DNA of 64,000 nucleotides from Mobula hypostoma. Lineage: Eukaryota. The notes beneath the pieces were generated by a model, which saw only the letters and a list, made by a program, of their open reading frames with translations, was not told the DNA's origin and made no database searches. Both the position numbers and the translations under genes were made by a program. Positions 12,428 through 25,602 of this stretch are shown here, piece after piece; within the stretch, counting starts at the first letter, position 1; every line of letters begins with the position of its first letter. Location of the stretch: positions 96,722,001 through 96,786,000 of the forward strand of contig NC_086108.1 in NCBI RefSeq assembly GCF_963921235.1. Direction: 5' to 3'.

Positions 12428-12697
12428 TTTCTTCTTTCCAACTGTTATAAGACTGCTGAACAGATCCTGACCCGGATCTGGGCCGTACCCTCCAAATATC
12501 CGAACCTGCCTCTCGGTTTTTTTGCACTACCTTACTTTCCCTTTTCTATTTTCTATTTATGATTTCTAATTTAAATTTTTTAATATTTACTATCGATTTG
12601 TACTCCAGGGAGCATGAAGCGCAGAATCAAATATCGCTGTGATGACTGTACGCGCTAGTATCAATTGTTTGGCGACAATAAAGCATAAAGTATAAGT
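12428..12697 (+). mobile_element. Rex1-like LINE 3' end inserted in the Gypsy integrase
   Basis: FFPTVIRLLN-type ORF end; aataaagcataaagtataag tail; ataaat duplicated at both junctions. Confidence 0.7.
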
Positions 12698-14740
12698 ATA
12701 AATGGTCCAGCAAAGTCCACATGAATCCTCTGCCAAGGCAATGAGGCCATTCCAAGGGAAGGAGGAGTGCTGCTCTTGGCACCTGCTGAATGTTTTGGCA
12801 TCCTGAACAATGGATGGCAGCCTAAGGCAGTGATGGGTCTTTTCTGGTTTCCCTTTGGATCATCTGTGCTCTAATAGGGAGACTTTTGATTTCTATTAGG
12901 GAAAATGTATCAAGAAGAGTGTCCTCTTTTGTAAATTTTTCAGTGATTTCCTTTTCTGAGGGTGAACGGGGCAATCCCTCGGCATTTCCATAATTAGTTG
13001 TCCTTGAAATTGATCTTGTAATTGCGTTCTCCAAGAAATAGAGTCCATCTCTGCCTTCGTGCTGCTGCCATTGGTGGAAGAGCTGCTGTGGATTGAAAAT
13101 GGACACTAGTGTTCGACGATCAGTAATGAGGGTAAACTCCCTCTCATACAAGCACTGGTTGAAAAGTTTTACACCCCAAACCAGACTCAAGGCCTATATG
13201 TCAATCTGTGCATGTTTTAAATCTACAGCAGTAGGGGAATGTGATGCAAAAGCTATGAGGTGTTCACTTCCCTCACTCATAACATGTGGCATGACTGCAC
13301 CTATAACATAAGGTGAGGCACTACAGACAAGCTTTGCTGCACGATGTGGATCATTACATGTGAAGACAGTGTCTAATGTCACAATTTCCTTTTCCTTTTT
13401 GGAAGCCACCTCACCCTGCTTTGTCCATTTCCATTTCTTCCCTATCTGTAGTTATGAATTCAAGGGGTGGAGCACAGCAGCCAGGTTTGGCAGGAGCCTG
13501 TTATATTAATTGACAAAACCTAAAAAAGACATCAACTGTGACATGTCCTTTGGTCTTGGGGCATCCACCACTGCTTGAATTTTCTCAGCCCAATTCCATT
13601 TTAGTTAGCCATTCATTTCTGGTGTAACCCACATTGCTTGCCTCTTGTTAGTTTTCACATTGTAAATCTCAAGATTACTCAGTCCTGTGCCACTCTCATC
13701 ATTATCATTTTTTAAATCAACAACATGCAGATTAATGCTCTTTTTGAAACTACAAATTGATTTTATCTTTTCCCCTTCTTTGTCCAGTCTATTAATTTTT
13801 GTCTGCTCGACATGCTCTTATTATGTGTCCTTCTTCCATTTTCTGCAAGTTTTGCCCTTAAACCTGCATTCATGTGATGTCTGTGAGTCCCTGCCACAAC
13901 AGTGACACAATTTGTTCAGGCAGGCTGGTTTCTGTTTAGACGTTTCAATTTTGTTCATGCTCACTTCATTCCTGACTGCTACTCAGTTGTATCTCTGGCT
14001 GTTGTTCACATTGGTACAGAAGTTTCAACTGTTCTATTAAATGTAAGTTGCACTTCAGTTTGGAGCCATTCTTGAAAGCTTTCTTGTAAGATTCCACAAA
14101 CTATATGATCTTTCTTTGTATCATTAAACCCATCACTGAACTGGCAATGCTAAGACAATTTCTTTAATATAGCAGCGTAAGCTGAAATGGACTCCCCTTT
14201 CATTTGATTCCACTTATGAAACCCAAAGTGTTTTGCAATTAACAATGGTTTTGGTTCTAAAAGTTCCTGCATTACTTTCATATTATCAGCAAAGCTCATT
14301 TTGGCTGGTCTGTTTGGAACAGTTAAACTTCAGAGAAAACTCGATGCTTTTCCACCTATTACATTCAACAAAACTGGCACTTGTTTCCCAATGGCTATTC
14401 CATTTGCTTTAAAATACTGCATATTTTTTTCAGTATACATCACCCAGTTATCTGTTATACAATCAAACACGTCTATCTTTCTAATGTAGCCAGCCATTTC
14501 TGCTTGTTTTTATTATTTATTATTATCAGCTGGTACTCACTGGTTATGAACCAGTAAATTTCATTAGTTTTCTGCCTTGTTTTAAAACTTGAACCTTTTT
14601 CTCCACTGTGAAGAAACACATACTGCACTTTTTTTTAACTTGACCATCTCTCCCTTGCTCCTCATCTGAAGAATAAAACACATGCTGCGCTTCAATAGGT
14701 AGCTCGTCTCAGGTTTGTTTAAACACTTACTCGTCGCCAG

Positions 14741-15554
14741 TGTTATGATTTGTAACTCCAAAACTAATCAGAAGAAAAACCATGAGAGCTGGGAGATACG
14801 TGCCTAATTCGTTTCACTTTAGTGAAGTGCTCTCTTATGATGTGTTGTAATGATGCACGCCATTCATGTACTTCTTACATATAACCGATAGGGCGTATGG
14901 GGTGTCAGGGAGGGGTAGCACCTGTGGTGGGAGAACATGTCGTGTCCTTTTCAAGGCAGTTAGTCCACCTTTGGTCCCCACCTGGCACTCAGCTGTCACC
15001 TGTGGCTCCCCGTAGCTGTTTGCATACGACAGCAGCCACATCCCGGGCAACGGCTTTGACAAGCTGGCTAAACCAGGTGAAGGCAGCCGACGGGTCTCAA
15101 ACCCTCCGTGAGATAGGGAGTTGTCTATCCCAGCATGTGAAGAGAGACTCCGGCAGATTGAGCGGACGAGACCAATGGAAGGTCCAATGGTCAAGCAGGT
15201 GGTCTCTGCAAGTGTTGTGGAATGTGCAGAGCAGGACAAGACACAGAAGTTGTCCTGGTCATCTGCTGCGCCTAGTCCCATCTCCAGCCGTTTAGACTCT
15301 GTCTTGCCACTGGATCCAAATGGGAATTGGAAAGAGAGAGTGAGGCTGACGCTGCGCAACTCTCCCTCACTTAAATCCAAGTCATGCGCTAGTCTCAACA
15401 CCGTCACCATGGTGTCGAGGTCCTCATCAACGTCAACGATGGACAAACAACAATACATATAACTGGTAATTAATTATGTAAACAAAAAAATGCTTACTCA
15501 AACTATATATTTGAAAATTTACTTAGATATTATTGATATATTAAATACAAAACG
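14741..15554 (-). repeat. 5' LTR of the Gypsy element, interrupted by 14886-15453
   Basis: Homology to 7900-8135 on both sides of the insertion. Confidence 0.85.
14886..15453 (+). mobile_element. Non-autonomous RTE-derived retroposon (SINE-like, about 570 bp)
   Basis: 10-bp TSD tacatataac (14876-14885, 15454-15463); caa-repeat tail; GC-rich; no recognisable protein. Confidence 0.65.
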
Positions 15555-15599
15555 GTGGCTTATTTGGCATTTCTCAAATCCATCTTCCTTTCCTTTCCT

Positions 15600-17000
15600 T
15601 GGTTAGGTAAGTGCACAAAATGCTGCCATATATTATTTAATGTGGGAAGATGTGAAGTTGTTCATTTTGGAAGAAAGAACAAAAGAACACAGTATTACTT
15701 AAATGGAGAAATATTGCAGCAGAAAGGAATTTGTCAATCTTTGTGCCTCAAATAAAAAGCTAGAAAACTAGTGCAATAGGTAATAGGAAAATGTAATGGA
15801 ATGTTGGTTCTTATTTCAAGGGAATATTAAAATAGTGAAGTCCTACCACAACTGAAATACAAGCTCAGGAACATTAATTAACTGCATTAATGTGAAATGG
15901 TACTTAACAAGTGGATATACATTAAGACCTTTGGTTAGAGGACAGAAAGGTGCAATTCAGTCCCTCAATCTCATCATGCTCTTCAGTAGGATTTTGGCCC
16001 ATCAGACATTTTTCAATTCGACTTTCCTTATTTCCCAATAGTCCTTGATTCCCTACAAATTAGAAATCTCTCAGCCTTAAACATGCAAGAACTCTACCTA
16101 ACATTTCTCTTTGGCAAGGTATTACAAAGACTCACAAATATCAGAGAAGAAATTCTTCCTTATCTCTTTATTCTGAGACTACGTCTTCTGGCTCTGGCCT
16201 CTACCATGAGAAGTAATATCCTCTCATCATCTACCTTGTCTGCCTCCTTAAGAACCCTCTCCAAATACAATTGTATCCTTCCTATGGTTTGGTGATAGTA
16301 CCTATCCATAGATACACCAGCTGTGGCCCATATAATATTTTATATAGTTGTACCTTTAACCCCTCCCCCATGGTCTTATATATTATGTCTCAATTAATAA
16401 AGGTATATCTACCATATGTCTTCCAAAAAGCCTCATTTACCTGTGGGGGGGGGGTGCAAACTGGCTGTCCACCCTATCTATGCCTCTCGTGGTCTTACAC
16501 ACCTCTACTAGGTCAATTCAAGTTCAAGTTCAAGTTTATTGACATTCAGCCATATATATTAATACCACCAAATGAAACAAAGTTCCTCTGGACTTGGGTA
16601 CACAACACATCGGGTGTATTTACATCACAAGTTAAAAAGTAAACTGTATAACGCTACTGGTGCTTCATATCTGCTGAGACTTGGGTGGTGGCAGTAAGTT
16701 CAGTAGTCTTACAGCCTTGGGGAAGAAGCTGTTTTCTCATCCTCTTTCACTTCAAAGAATTTCTTTAGCCAGAGTGGGTTGAATCTGTGGAATTTGTTGC
16801 CATAGATGGCTGTGAAGGCCAAGTCATAGCTATCTTCAAAATAGAGTTTGATAGGTTCTTGATTAGGAAGGGGATCAAAGGTTACAGGAGAAGGCAAGAG
16901 AATGGAATTGAGAGGGAAAATAAATCAGTCACGATTGGGTGTGAAGCAGACTCTATGAGCTGAATGGCCTAATTCTGATCCCATGTCTTATGGTCTTATG
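15600..17000. mobile_element. Cluster of old CR1 fragments (both strands) plus a Rex1-like tail (16515-16740, minus)
   Basis: FNVGRCEVVHFGRKN; CR1 3' end at 16755-17000; ttcaagttcaagtttattg tail. Confidence 0.65.
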
Positions 17001-17089
17001 GTGTTACCAATTTCTCATCCTTACCAATTTTAATAAAGAATTATAAATTTAATTAATCAATGAATTTTGTTTCTCATCTTTTATCCCTC

Positions 17090-17482
17090 TACACTGACAC
17101 CTCAGTGCCTGCCATGATGCTGAGCTCTTCTTCTACCACCTCTGTCTCCGAGCCTACTTCTTTGGCAAGGACTCTCCAGCCTGCACCAATGATCCCTTCT
17201 CCCGTCTTCAACCTTCCTCCTCTTCCTGGACACCCCACTCTGGTCTTCTGCCTGCTCTGGGTCTTTTCATTGCTAACTTGCTAACTGCCAATGAGATATC
17301 AACTGTGTCAAATTTACTTCTCCTCTCTCCAGTTCAAACCTCACTCCTTCCGAATGCACTGCTCTCCACTGGCTCCACACTAATCCTAACCTCACCATCA
17401 AACCAGCAGACAAGGGGGTTGCTGTAGTAGTCTGGCGGACTGACCTCTACTTTGCTGAGGCCAGGCAACAACTCTCAGACAT
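17090..17482 (+). mobile_element. Penelope-like element fragment, N-terminal RT region
   Basis: Translates to NPNLTIKPADKGVAVVVWRTDLYFAEARQQLSD, matching the PLE RT motif KPADKG. Confidence 0.8.
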
Positions 17483-17574
17483 TATGGGGTAAAATGGTCC
17501 ACTTTGATTTGATCACTTTGTGGACTTTTACAGCAAAATTTTAAAGTGGATTCTTCATTATCTACAAGAAGGTA

Positions 17575-18135
17575 ACACTAATGCTTTATAAGGCATTGGC
17601 CAGACAATGCGGAGTATTGAGAGTAGTTTTTGGGCTGCTTATTGAAGAAAGGAGGTACATAATCGCAGGAGTGAATGGGTTAATGTATGAGGAGTGTTTG
17701 ATAGCTCTGGACCAGTACTCATTGGAGTTGAGAACAATATGGGGGGGCGAGGGGTGGATCCCATTGAACGTATCAAGTATTGAAAACTTTAGACTGGATT
17801 TGGAGAGGACGTTTCCTGTAATAGGGGAGTCTAGAACCAGAGGACACAGCTACAGAATTGAAGAACATACCTTTAGAATGGAGATGAGGAGGAATTTCTT
17901 TAGCCAGAGGGTGGCAAATCTATGGAATTAATTTCCATAGAAAGGAGTAGAGGCCAAGTTCTTGGGTATATTTGAAGCGGAAGTTGATAGGTTCTTAATT
18001 AGTCAGGGTGTCGAAGGGTACTCTGCAGGAGGAGAATGGGGTTGAGAGAGACAATAAATCTGCCAGGATGGAAGGGCGGAGCAGACTCAATGGGCTGTGT
18101 GCCTTAATTCTGCTCTTATGTCTTATGGTCTTATT
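17575..18135 (+). mobile_element. CR1 LINE 3' fragment
   Basis: GESRTRGHSYRI...EMRRNFFSQRVANLWN; tcttatggtcttat tail. Confidence 0.85.
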
Positions 18136-19094
18136 AATTTACCATCTATAAGTCAATTTGTTACAAAGAATTGTAAGTTTCAGGTATTTTGTTCTTTTTT
18201 AAAACTATACTCTCTATTGCACTACCTCAAGAAAGAATTGGCCTAATACTCTTAGGGATAACTTTGGTAAAATGTCCTGTAACAATATCTTATTGAGCTC
18301 ATTTATAGAAATAAATAAAATATAATAATGGTGTCAGTTACCTTAGTGGTGCAGTTGATAAATATATCACAGAGCATTTATTCAGAACATAAAGGCAAAG
18401 GTTCAATGAATTGATCTTTGATTGGATACTACATTTGGCTTCTGTACATTGGGACAGCAAGTCAAAGACGAGCCATTCTTTTGATTGCTATTCTGACTGG
18501 TTTAGATAATGGGATGTAGATTTTTCTTGGTGGGAATCTGAATGAACATTGAACCAACAGTGTATTGAGAAACTGAGCATAATTGCTAAAAATAGAAGAT
18601 GTGGCAACAGTTAATTTGATGTTAATACACAGTGACCAGAAGCAAGATTTCCATTTTCTCCTCCAGCCGAGGATAAGTCTGTGTTCAGTTTGCCCATATG
18701 ATGTAATTGCTGACCCATATCGGAGGCGAGAGTTGATTTTGCTTGCTATCCACAATGTTCACTCCTCTCCAGGACACCAGACCCATCTGCTGTACCATTG
18801 TTTGGTCAATTCAATTGCCAATTCAGATAGACTGAAAGGACAAGGTGTCCGGATCCGGGATGAAAACCAATTTCACTCATTCTCCTCGATGGTCACTCCT
18901 CTCTCCATGGCGATGAGGCTATGAAAATTACCCTGGCTACCGTACTCCGTAATATGATGAACTGATAGGCAAGGCTTTGCACCTACTCTGGGGATCTGAG
19001 GACTCAATTTGGTTTGGGATATTGTTGTATGCTTCAATTGTTTGCATGATTTGTGTTTTTTCTTTCTTTTGCGCATCAGGTATTGGTCTTCTAT

Positions 19095-19705
19095 GATTAT
19101 GAAGACACGCAGTCCTCTTTTATTGTCATTTAGTAATGCATGCATTAAGAAATAATACATTATTTCCTCCGGTGTGATATCACAAAACACAGGACAAATC
19201 AAGGCTAAAAAGACCACATAATTATAACATATAGTTACAACAGTGTAACAATACCATAACTTGATGAAGAAGTCCATGAGCACAGTAAAGTCAAAATTTC
19301 TCAATTGTTCCACATCTCACGCAGACGGGAGAAGGAAGAAAAGTGCTCCCTGCCAAGCCGACCACAATCCGACTCTGAGTCATCCGAAAACTTCGAGCTC
19401 TGATCAGCTCTCCAACACCGAGTACTGAGCGCCATCTCTGTCCGAATGATTCAACCTCCTTCTCGGTCGCCAAAAGCAGGCAAGGCCGGAGATTTTGAGG
19501 CCTACCCTCCGAAAAGTTCCCGACCACACAGTAACAACAGCAGCGAACGGGCGTTTCAGAAATTTCTCCAGATGTTCCTCTGTGCTTTCATGTCCATTCT
19601 CCATCAAATCAGAATTGTTCACGGCCCCTATTTAACAGATACGATATCATTTTTCACCGGAAGGCTGCGCACACACAGGCGTGCTGCTATCTTCTCCTCC
19701 CGCCT
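19095..19705 (-). mobile_element. Non-coding retroposon (copy 1) inserted in a Rex1-like tail
   Basis: Highly similar to 25603-26016 (gcagtcctcttttattgtcatttagtaatgc...ccgactctgagtcatccgaaaacttcgagc); CpG-rich. Confidence 0.7.
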
Positions 19706-19974
19706 TTTCTTTAATTGGGTTCTTTCAAGTTTTTTGCTTTGCGGCTACCAAATATCAAGGTTGTATAATTTATTCATTCTTTGATAATTCATGTACATTG
19801 ATTGCATATTCTGCTGGTACTCTCTGTTAAGTAGCCAAAAATATTTATGAGGTATCAGAGGATGATAAGAACCATGGAAAAGTGAGTGAGTATGATTCAC
19901 AGGGACTAAATTGCCAAAGAGGATGGCTCTGGAGATGGCATTCGCAATGCATGGGACAATAAAGGTATCGCAGA

Positions 19975-20780
19975 GCATAGAACAGAACAGCACAGGAACA
20001 GGCCCTTTGTCCACAATAAGGGTGCAGTACTAACCAAATTAGTAACTAAATGCCTAACTAAACTAATCCCTTCTGCCTACACAATGTCCATATCCTTCCA
20101 TTTGCAGAACCTATCTCAGAGCCACAGGCAGCTGTGAAGGCCAAGTCATTGGGTATATTTAAAGAAGAGGTTGATAGATTCTTGAAGTGTTATGGGGGAA
20201 AGGCAGGAGACTGGACTGCGAGGGAAGTGGATCAGCCATGATGAGATGGCAGAGCAGATTGAATAGGCCAAAAGGCCTAATTCTGCTCCTATATCTTATG
20301 GTCTTAACACCTCCAACATACATGCCTCCAACACCACCCCAAACAGCACATTCCATGCACCCACTACTCTCCATGTAAAAAATTGTCCTGCACATCTCCT
20401 TTGAAATTACCCTCTCTCACCTTGAATGCAAGACCTCTGGTATCAGATTACTGGCTGTCTATCTATGCCTCTCATTGTCTTATAAATCTCTATTAGTTCA
20501 CCCCTTAACCTCTGCTGCTCCTGAGAAAACAACCAAGCTTGTCCATCCTCTTCAGCCAGCATCTTGGTAAACCTCTTCTGCACCCTCTCCAAAGCTTCGA
20601 TGACTCTCCTATAATGTCCAGACCAGAACTGAAGGTAGTACTCCAGATTCGGCCTAACCTGAGTTTTATAAAGCTGCAGAGTAACTTTATGACTCTTGAA
20701 CCCAATTTCTTGACCAGTAAGGGTAAGCATGCCATGATATATTTTTAAATCACTCTATCAACCTGTATAGCCACTATCAT
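19975..20780. mobile_element. CR1 fragments (minus copy with a plus-strand CR1 3' end inserted at about 20125-20310)
   Basis: LQLYKTQVRPNLEYYLQFWS...ALERVQKRFTKML. Confidence 0.8.
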
Positions 20781-20809
20781 GTGAACCTTGAACACAAGCG
20801 ATTCCTCAG

Positions 20810-21050
20810 ATGGAAAAAGAGTACAGTTGATGTTTTGGGCCAAGACCCTTCGGCAGGACTGGGAAGATTTAAACTTCTTCAGGGTAGGCACTCCTGGAAG
20901 AGACTTCACAGTGTAGTAATCCAATCACAAACAAGAGAAAATCTGAAGATGCTGGAAATCCAAACAACACACACAAAATGCTGGGCTGCTGTACTTTTTT
21001 TCCATAGGTGCTGCCTGACCTGCTGAGTTCCTCCAGCATTTTGTGCATGT
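20810..21050. mobile_element. Penelope pseudo-LTR (pLTR) remnants with a decayed hammerhead motif
   Basis: gttgatgttttgggccaagacccttcggcaggact (minus) and inverted cacacaaaatgctgg...ccagcattttgtg. Confidence 0.7.
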
Positions 21051-21204
21051 TAATCTGAAAACCTGTTTAGCTATGTTCCAAAATGGGGTGCTGGTGACGG
21101 ATCAGTGTTAATTGCTGATTCACATCAGCAATGCCTGCTCCACCCCTTTACAAAGATGATGATTCACTCATGCTGCACCTTCTAAATGTGGCATGCAGCA
21201 CGAT

Positions 21205-21610
21205 TCCATAAGACCATAAGACATAGAAGCAGAATGAGGCTATTCAGTCCATCAAGTCTGCTCTACCATTCCATCGTGGTTGATTTATTATCCCTCTCAA
21301 CCCCATTTTGCTGCCTTCCCTCTGTCACCTTTGATGCCCTTACTAATCGAGAACCTATCAACTTGCGCCTTAAATATACCCAATATCTTTGCCTCCGCAA
21401 CCATCTGTGGCAATGAATTCCACAGATTCAACACCCGCTGGCTAAAGAAATTCCTTCTCATCTCTGTTTTAAAGGGATGTCCTATTCTAAGGCTGTGCCC
21501 TCTGGTCCTAGATTCCAACCCCACTATAGGACTCATTCTCTCCAGTCCACTTCATCTAAGCCTTTCAATATTCGATAGGTTTCAATGAGATTCCTGTCAT
21601 TCTTCCAAAC
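21205..21610 (-). mobile_element. CR1 LINE 3' fragment
   Basis: ESRTRGHSLRI...FKTEMRRNFFSQRVLNLWNSLPQ. Confidence 0.85.
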
Positions 21611-22884
21611 TTCTTTCACAAGTATGCATGCATGCAAACTACAGCTGTTTTTTTAGAGCACTGAGGGCATGCATGGTGGCTAAAAAAGGGGCACAAATTA
21701 TCCCAATTTCTTTATATGAAACCAGATTGGAGAGTATACTGTCACACCCCTGACATGCTTTGTAGAACGTGTAAAGGTTTTTTAGATGTCACAAGCTAAA
21801 TTATTTGTCACACCATACAATTAAACCTGCCCACTTCACTTTCTGTGACTGGTTGCCCCAGGATTTTGATGTCATGTGGACCAATAATGGTAAAGCCATA
21901 GTTTGTCAAAGTTAGTTAATTGACTCTTTGTTGAGATGATCATTCATAGTGTTTCTGTGATGTGAATGTTAGTTGTCATTAGCAGCCTCTGAATGCTCTT
22001 TTTGTCTTGCTGCATATCCCCCGAGGGGGTTCAAAAACGAACTGAACGGTGTTTAATTATAAAGAAACATCCCCACTTCAGGCCTTTAAAAGAAGGAATT
22101 TCACTGACGAAACAGCTGAAGATGTTTGGAATTCCTGCAGTGATGACCTGGGTTGGAATGAGTGACCTCCAACAAGCACGACCATCTTGCTTTTGTGTAA
22201 TTTTTAACTCCGACCAATTGGCTTCTGCATAATCAAAGGTTTAAAGATTTAAAGATTAGTTTCATTTGTCAATGTGCAAAATAATTAATATTGAGAACAT
22301 GAGTTGAAAAGAGGTCTTGAAAGTGAGTCTGTACGTCCTAAAATCCGTTCAGAATAGTGGTGATGAAGGGTGTCGGCCCAAAAAGTCGACTGTACTCTTT
22401 TTCCATAGATACTGCCTGGCCTCCAGTATTTTGCTTGAATTTCCAGAATCTGCAGATTTTCTCTTATTTGTGATCAGAGTAGTGGTGATTGAAGTTATCC
22501 ACATCAGTTTAGGAGCCTGTTGGTTGTCCAGTAATACCTGTTCCAGAACTTTGTGGTGTGAGACTCCTGTACCTCCTGCCCAATGGTACTAGTGAGATTA
22601 GGGCATGGCCTTAAAGTTGGGGGTCTTTGATTATGGAGGCCATTGTCTTGAGACAACACTCTGTAAATGTATTCAATGGTGTGGAGTGTTTTGCCTGTGA
22701 TGAACTGGATTAAGGAGGTTGACAGGTGACCTTATGGCTTTATTCTACTACAATTCACTGGTTAATCTGTTCTATATTTTACAATATTTAACTTATACAC
22801 TGTGTTTATTTATGTGTAATCCATCTGTAGATTTCATCCTTACTTTCATAAGTTATTGTGTGCTATGTATACTATAGTGCTTTA

Positions 22885-23540
22885 GTCATAGTTATAACTT
22901 TATTGATCCGGAGGGAAATTGGTTTTCGTTACAGTTGCACCATAAATAATTAAATAGTAATAAAACCATAAATAATTAAATAGTAATATGTAAATTATGC
23001 CAGGAAATAAGTCCAGGACCAGCCTATCGGCTCAGGGTGTCTGACCCTCCAAGGGAGGAGTTGTAAAGTTTGATGGCCACAGGCAGGAATGACTTCCTAT
23101 GACGCTCAGTGTTGCATCTTGGTGGAATGAGTCTCTGGATGAATGTACTCCTGTGCCCATCCAGTACATTATGTAGTGGTGGAGGATTACAAATACCTGG
23201 GGATACAAAGTGACAATAAACTGGACTGGTCAAAGAACACCGAGGTTGTCTACAAGAAGGGTCAGAGTCGTCTCTATTTCCTGAGGAGACTGAGGTCCTT
23301 TAACATCTGACGGACGATGCCGAGGATGTTCTACAAGTCTGTGGTGGCCAGTGCTATCATGTTTGCTGTTGTGTGCTGGGGCAGCAGGCTGAGGGTAGCA
23401 GACACCAACCGAATCAACAAACTCATTCGTAAGGCCAGTGATGTTGTGGGGATGGAACTGGACTCTCTGATGGTGGTGTCTGAAAAGAGGATGCTGTCCA
23501 AGTTGCATGCCATCTTGGACAATGTCTCCCATCCACTACC
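22885..23540 (-). mobile_element. Rex1/Babar-like LINE with inverted 5' part
   Basis: 3' end on minus at 22885-23179 (PLHNVL...RKSFLPVAIKLYNSS); upstream ORF2 part on plus at 23176-23539 (YKYLG...SRLYFLRRLRSF...LDNVSHPL). Confidence 0.85.
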
Positions 23541-24209
23541 TCATGCCCTGGTTCGTAGAAACGTTGTCTCACTTGAAGATAAATATATATAGAGTTAAGT
23601 GACAATAAACTTGACTTGACGACTTGAATTCCTTACAATGGGTCTGACTTGACAACTCCATTGATTTCTTTTTCTTCTTAGGCAGTCCCTTGGGATTGAT
23701 CATGACTTCACTTTACTTTAACCCTAGAAGACTGCTGAGACACTCCCATGGATGTGGCAGGAGGCATATGATGGTGAAAGTGCTCCCTCTAATATTTACA
23801 CTGTGTTTCTGTGTGTACCCGTGTACGTGTATGGTCTGAAGGTTTACAGGGCCATCCTGAAAGCTGTTCATGGGTGAGGGATTCTCACCATTCAGTCAGT
23901 GAAGATCTGAAACTTTTCAGTTGTTTCCTCTGTCAACTTGGTGCAAGACATGTTCTTCTCAATGGAGCCCATGAGTGTAGTTATGGCTGGGAGCTAGGGG
24001 TCATAGCACGGGTAGGTTCAAGAACTAGGGACCAGAGTATAGGCAGGGTACAGGCTAGAAATCGTTCTCTCACAGAATAGGGCAGTGAGTACACAATCTT
24101 TTCAAGGGTGAACTGGAAGAAGGATGATGTCTTTATGCAATAAGCTTTGCCATCAAGAATAATCTAGTCTGACACCTCAGCAACTCCTTCTGTGGAACTA
24201 GTGTGCACA

Positions 24210-24485
24210 TTATGACCCCACCACCCAGGATATTCTGTCTTCTTTCCACTACCATGAGGAAGAAGGTACAGGAGCCTCAGGGCTCATACCACCAGGTTCA
24301 CAAACAGTTATTACTTATTTATTATTATTATTCTTTTTGTATTTGCACAGTTTGTTGTCTTTCGCACACGGGTATGGTTATTATTCTACAGATTTATTGA
24401 GTGTGCCCGCAAGAAAATGAATCTCAGGGTTGTTTATGGTGACGTACATGTACTTTGATAATAAATTTACTTTTGGACTTTGAAT
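24210..24485 (+). mobile_element. Rex1-like LINE 3' tail
   Basis: aagaaaatgaatctcagggttgtttatggtgac...aataaatttactttt, same as 3830-3905. Confidence 0.75.
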
Positions 24486-25602
24486 GCAGAACCAATACCA
24501 TGATGATCAGTGCATATGTGCAACTCGCACTGATGTTCGTGAGGCCAAGCTGGAATCCTACATTAAAAAAAATACCGGTCAACATTCCATACTGATCTAT
24601 AGTGTCCTACAGCACACAAACAGGCCCTTCAGCCCACTCAACCATGCCAACCAAGGAGCAAGTTTATCCTCCTGAATGACATCAAAACTAGGGAGGGGAA
24701 AACTATGACCCTCAGGCATGGTGTGATTAGAAAGAATGGAGTAGGTAAAGCTAACTCTAATGGAATCCTCACGACAAAATGCTTGGAGAATGTCTTCAAA
24801 CAAATAGCCTGCTTCATCAGCGGCAAGGACAAAACTTCATGGTAGTACTCCTCGTCCACACAGTAGCTTAAATCAGCAAACAAGCGAAAGTGTGCCCTTC
24901 CATTGGTCGAGGTCAACCATGGATGTTGTGTCCCAGCTACCTACATTGTTGGTGCAGTGCTGTCTGTGGCTGACAAGACCAATGTGAGAGTGGCGGTCTG
25001 TTGCAAAGGTCACACTTATAGGTGGTATTAATTCTGCTGGAGTTGCAATGTCCCATTTGTCGTTTGCCGCTTTCAGAAATTTTTCCTTGCCTGTTGTTTC
25101 AGGGTGCTTCTCCATCTGGTGCAGTTGGCTGCAAATTCCTTCCAGGACGCAGTGCTGATATCCAGCGCCTTCATGTCCAGCTTGCAGATACTCTTGATGT
25201 GCATTTGCGGGCCAGTGAATGTGGCCATCCTGTGTGTGGCAGACATGGCCCAGCTGCCTGAGCAGGGTATACACGAAAGCGAACTTCAGCATTGGATTCT
25301 CTTTCTCTCCAGGAAATGCCCAAGATGCGATGAAGGCACCTCAAGTGGAAGGTGTTGGGCCTTCTGTCTTGCTTAGTGTATGTTGTCCCGGTCTCGCTGC
25401 TGTACTGCTGTGTCCTGGTGACACAGGTGTTGGACACTGCAGTCTTCGTTTTGACTGAGAGTTTGGATTTTTCCCACACTCATGGTGAGGCAGGCAAGAT
25501 CTGTTGCAGCCCTCCTGATGTGCTCGTTGACTTCAGTGTCCAAGGAGAGGTTGTTACTGATGATGGACCCCAAGTATGTGAACAGATGAACAACATCCAG
25601 TT

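Larger units (their letters stand above)
7900..15554 (-). mobile_element. Gypsy/Ty3 LTR retrotransposon, degenerate and internally deleted provirus with nested insertions
   Basis: LTRs 7900-8135 and 14741-15554 (TGTT...AACA/AACG); gtggct direct repeat at 7894-7899 and 15555-15560; PBS-like TGGCGACGAG on minus next to 14740; gag start MAGYIRKID at 14497; RNase H remnants (ASPYVIGAV, LVWGVKLFNQ...FTLITD) and integrase remnant (VVDAATKWPE). Confidence 0.9.

Noticed and set aside
14835..15462. 207-aa and other ORFs as genes
   Set aside because: They lie within a TSD-flanked retroposon in an LTR and show no protein motifs
18462..18924. ORFs in non-repeat-looking DNA as host exons
   Set aside because: No recognisable homology or convincing splice pair
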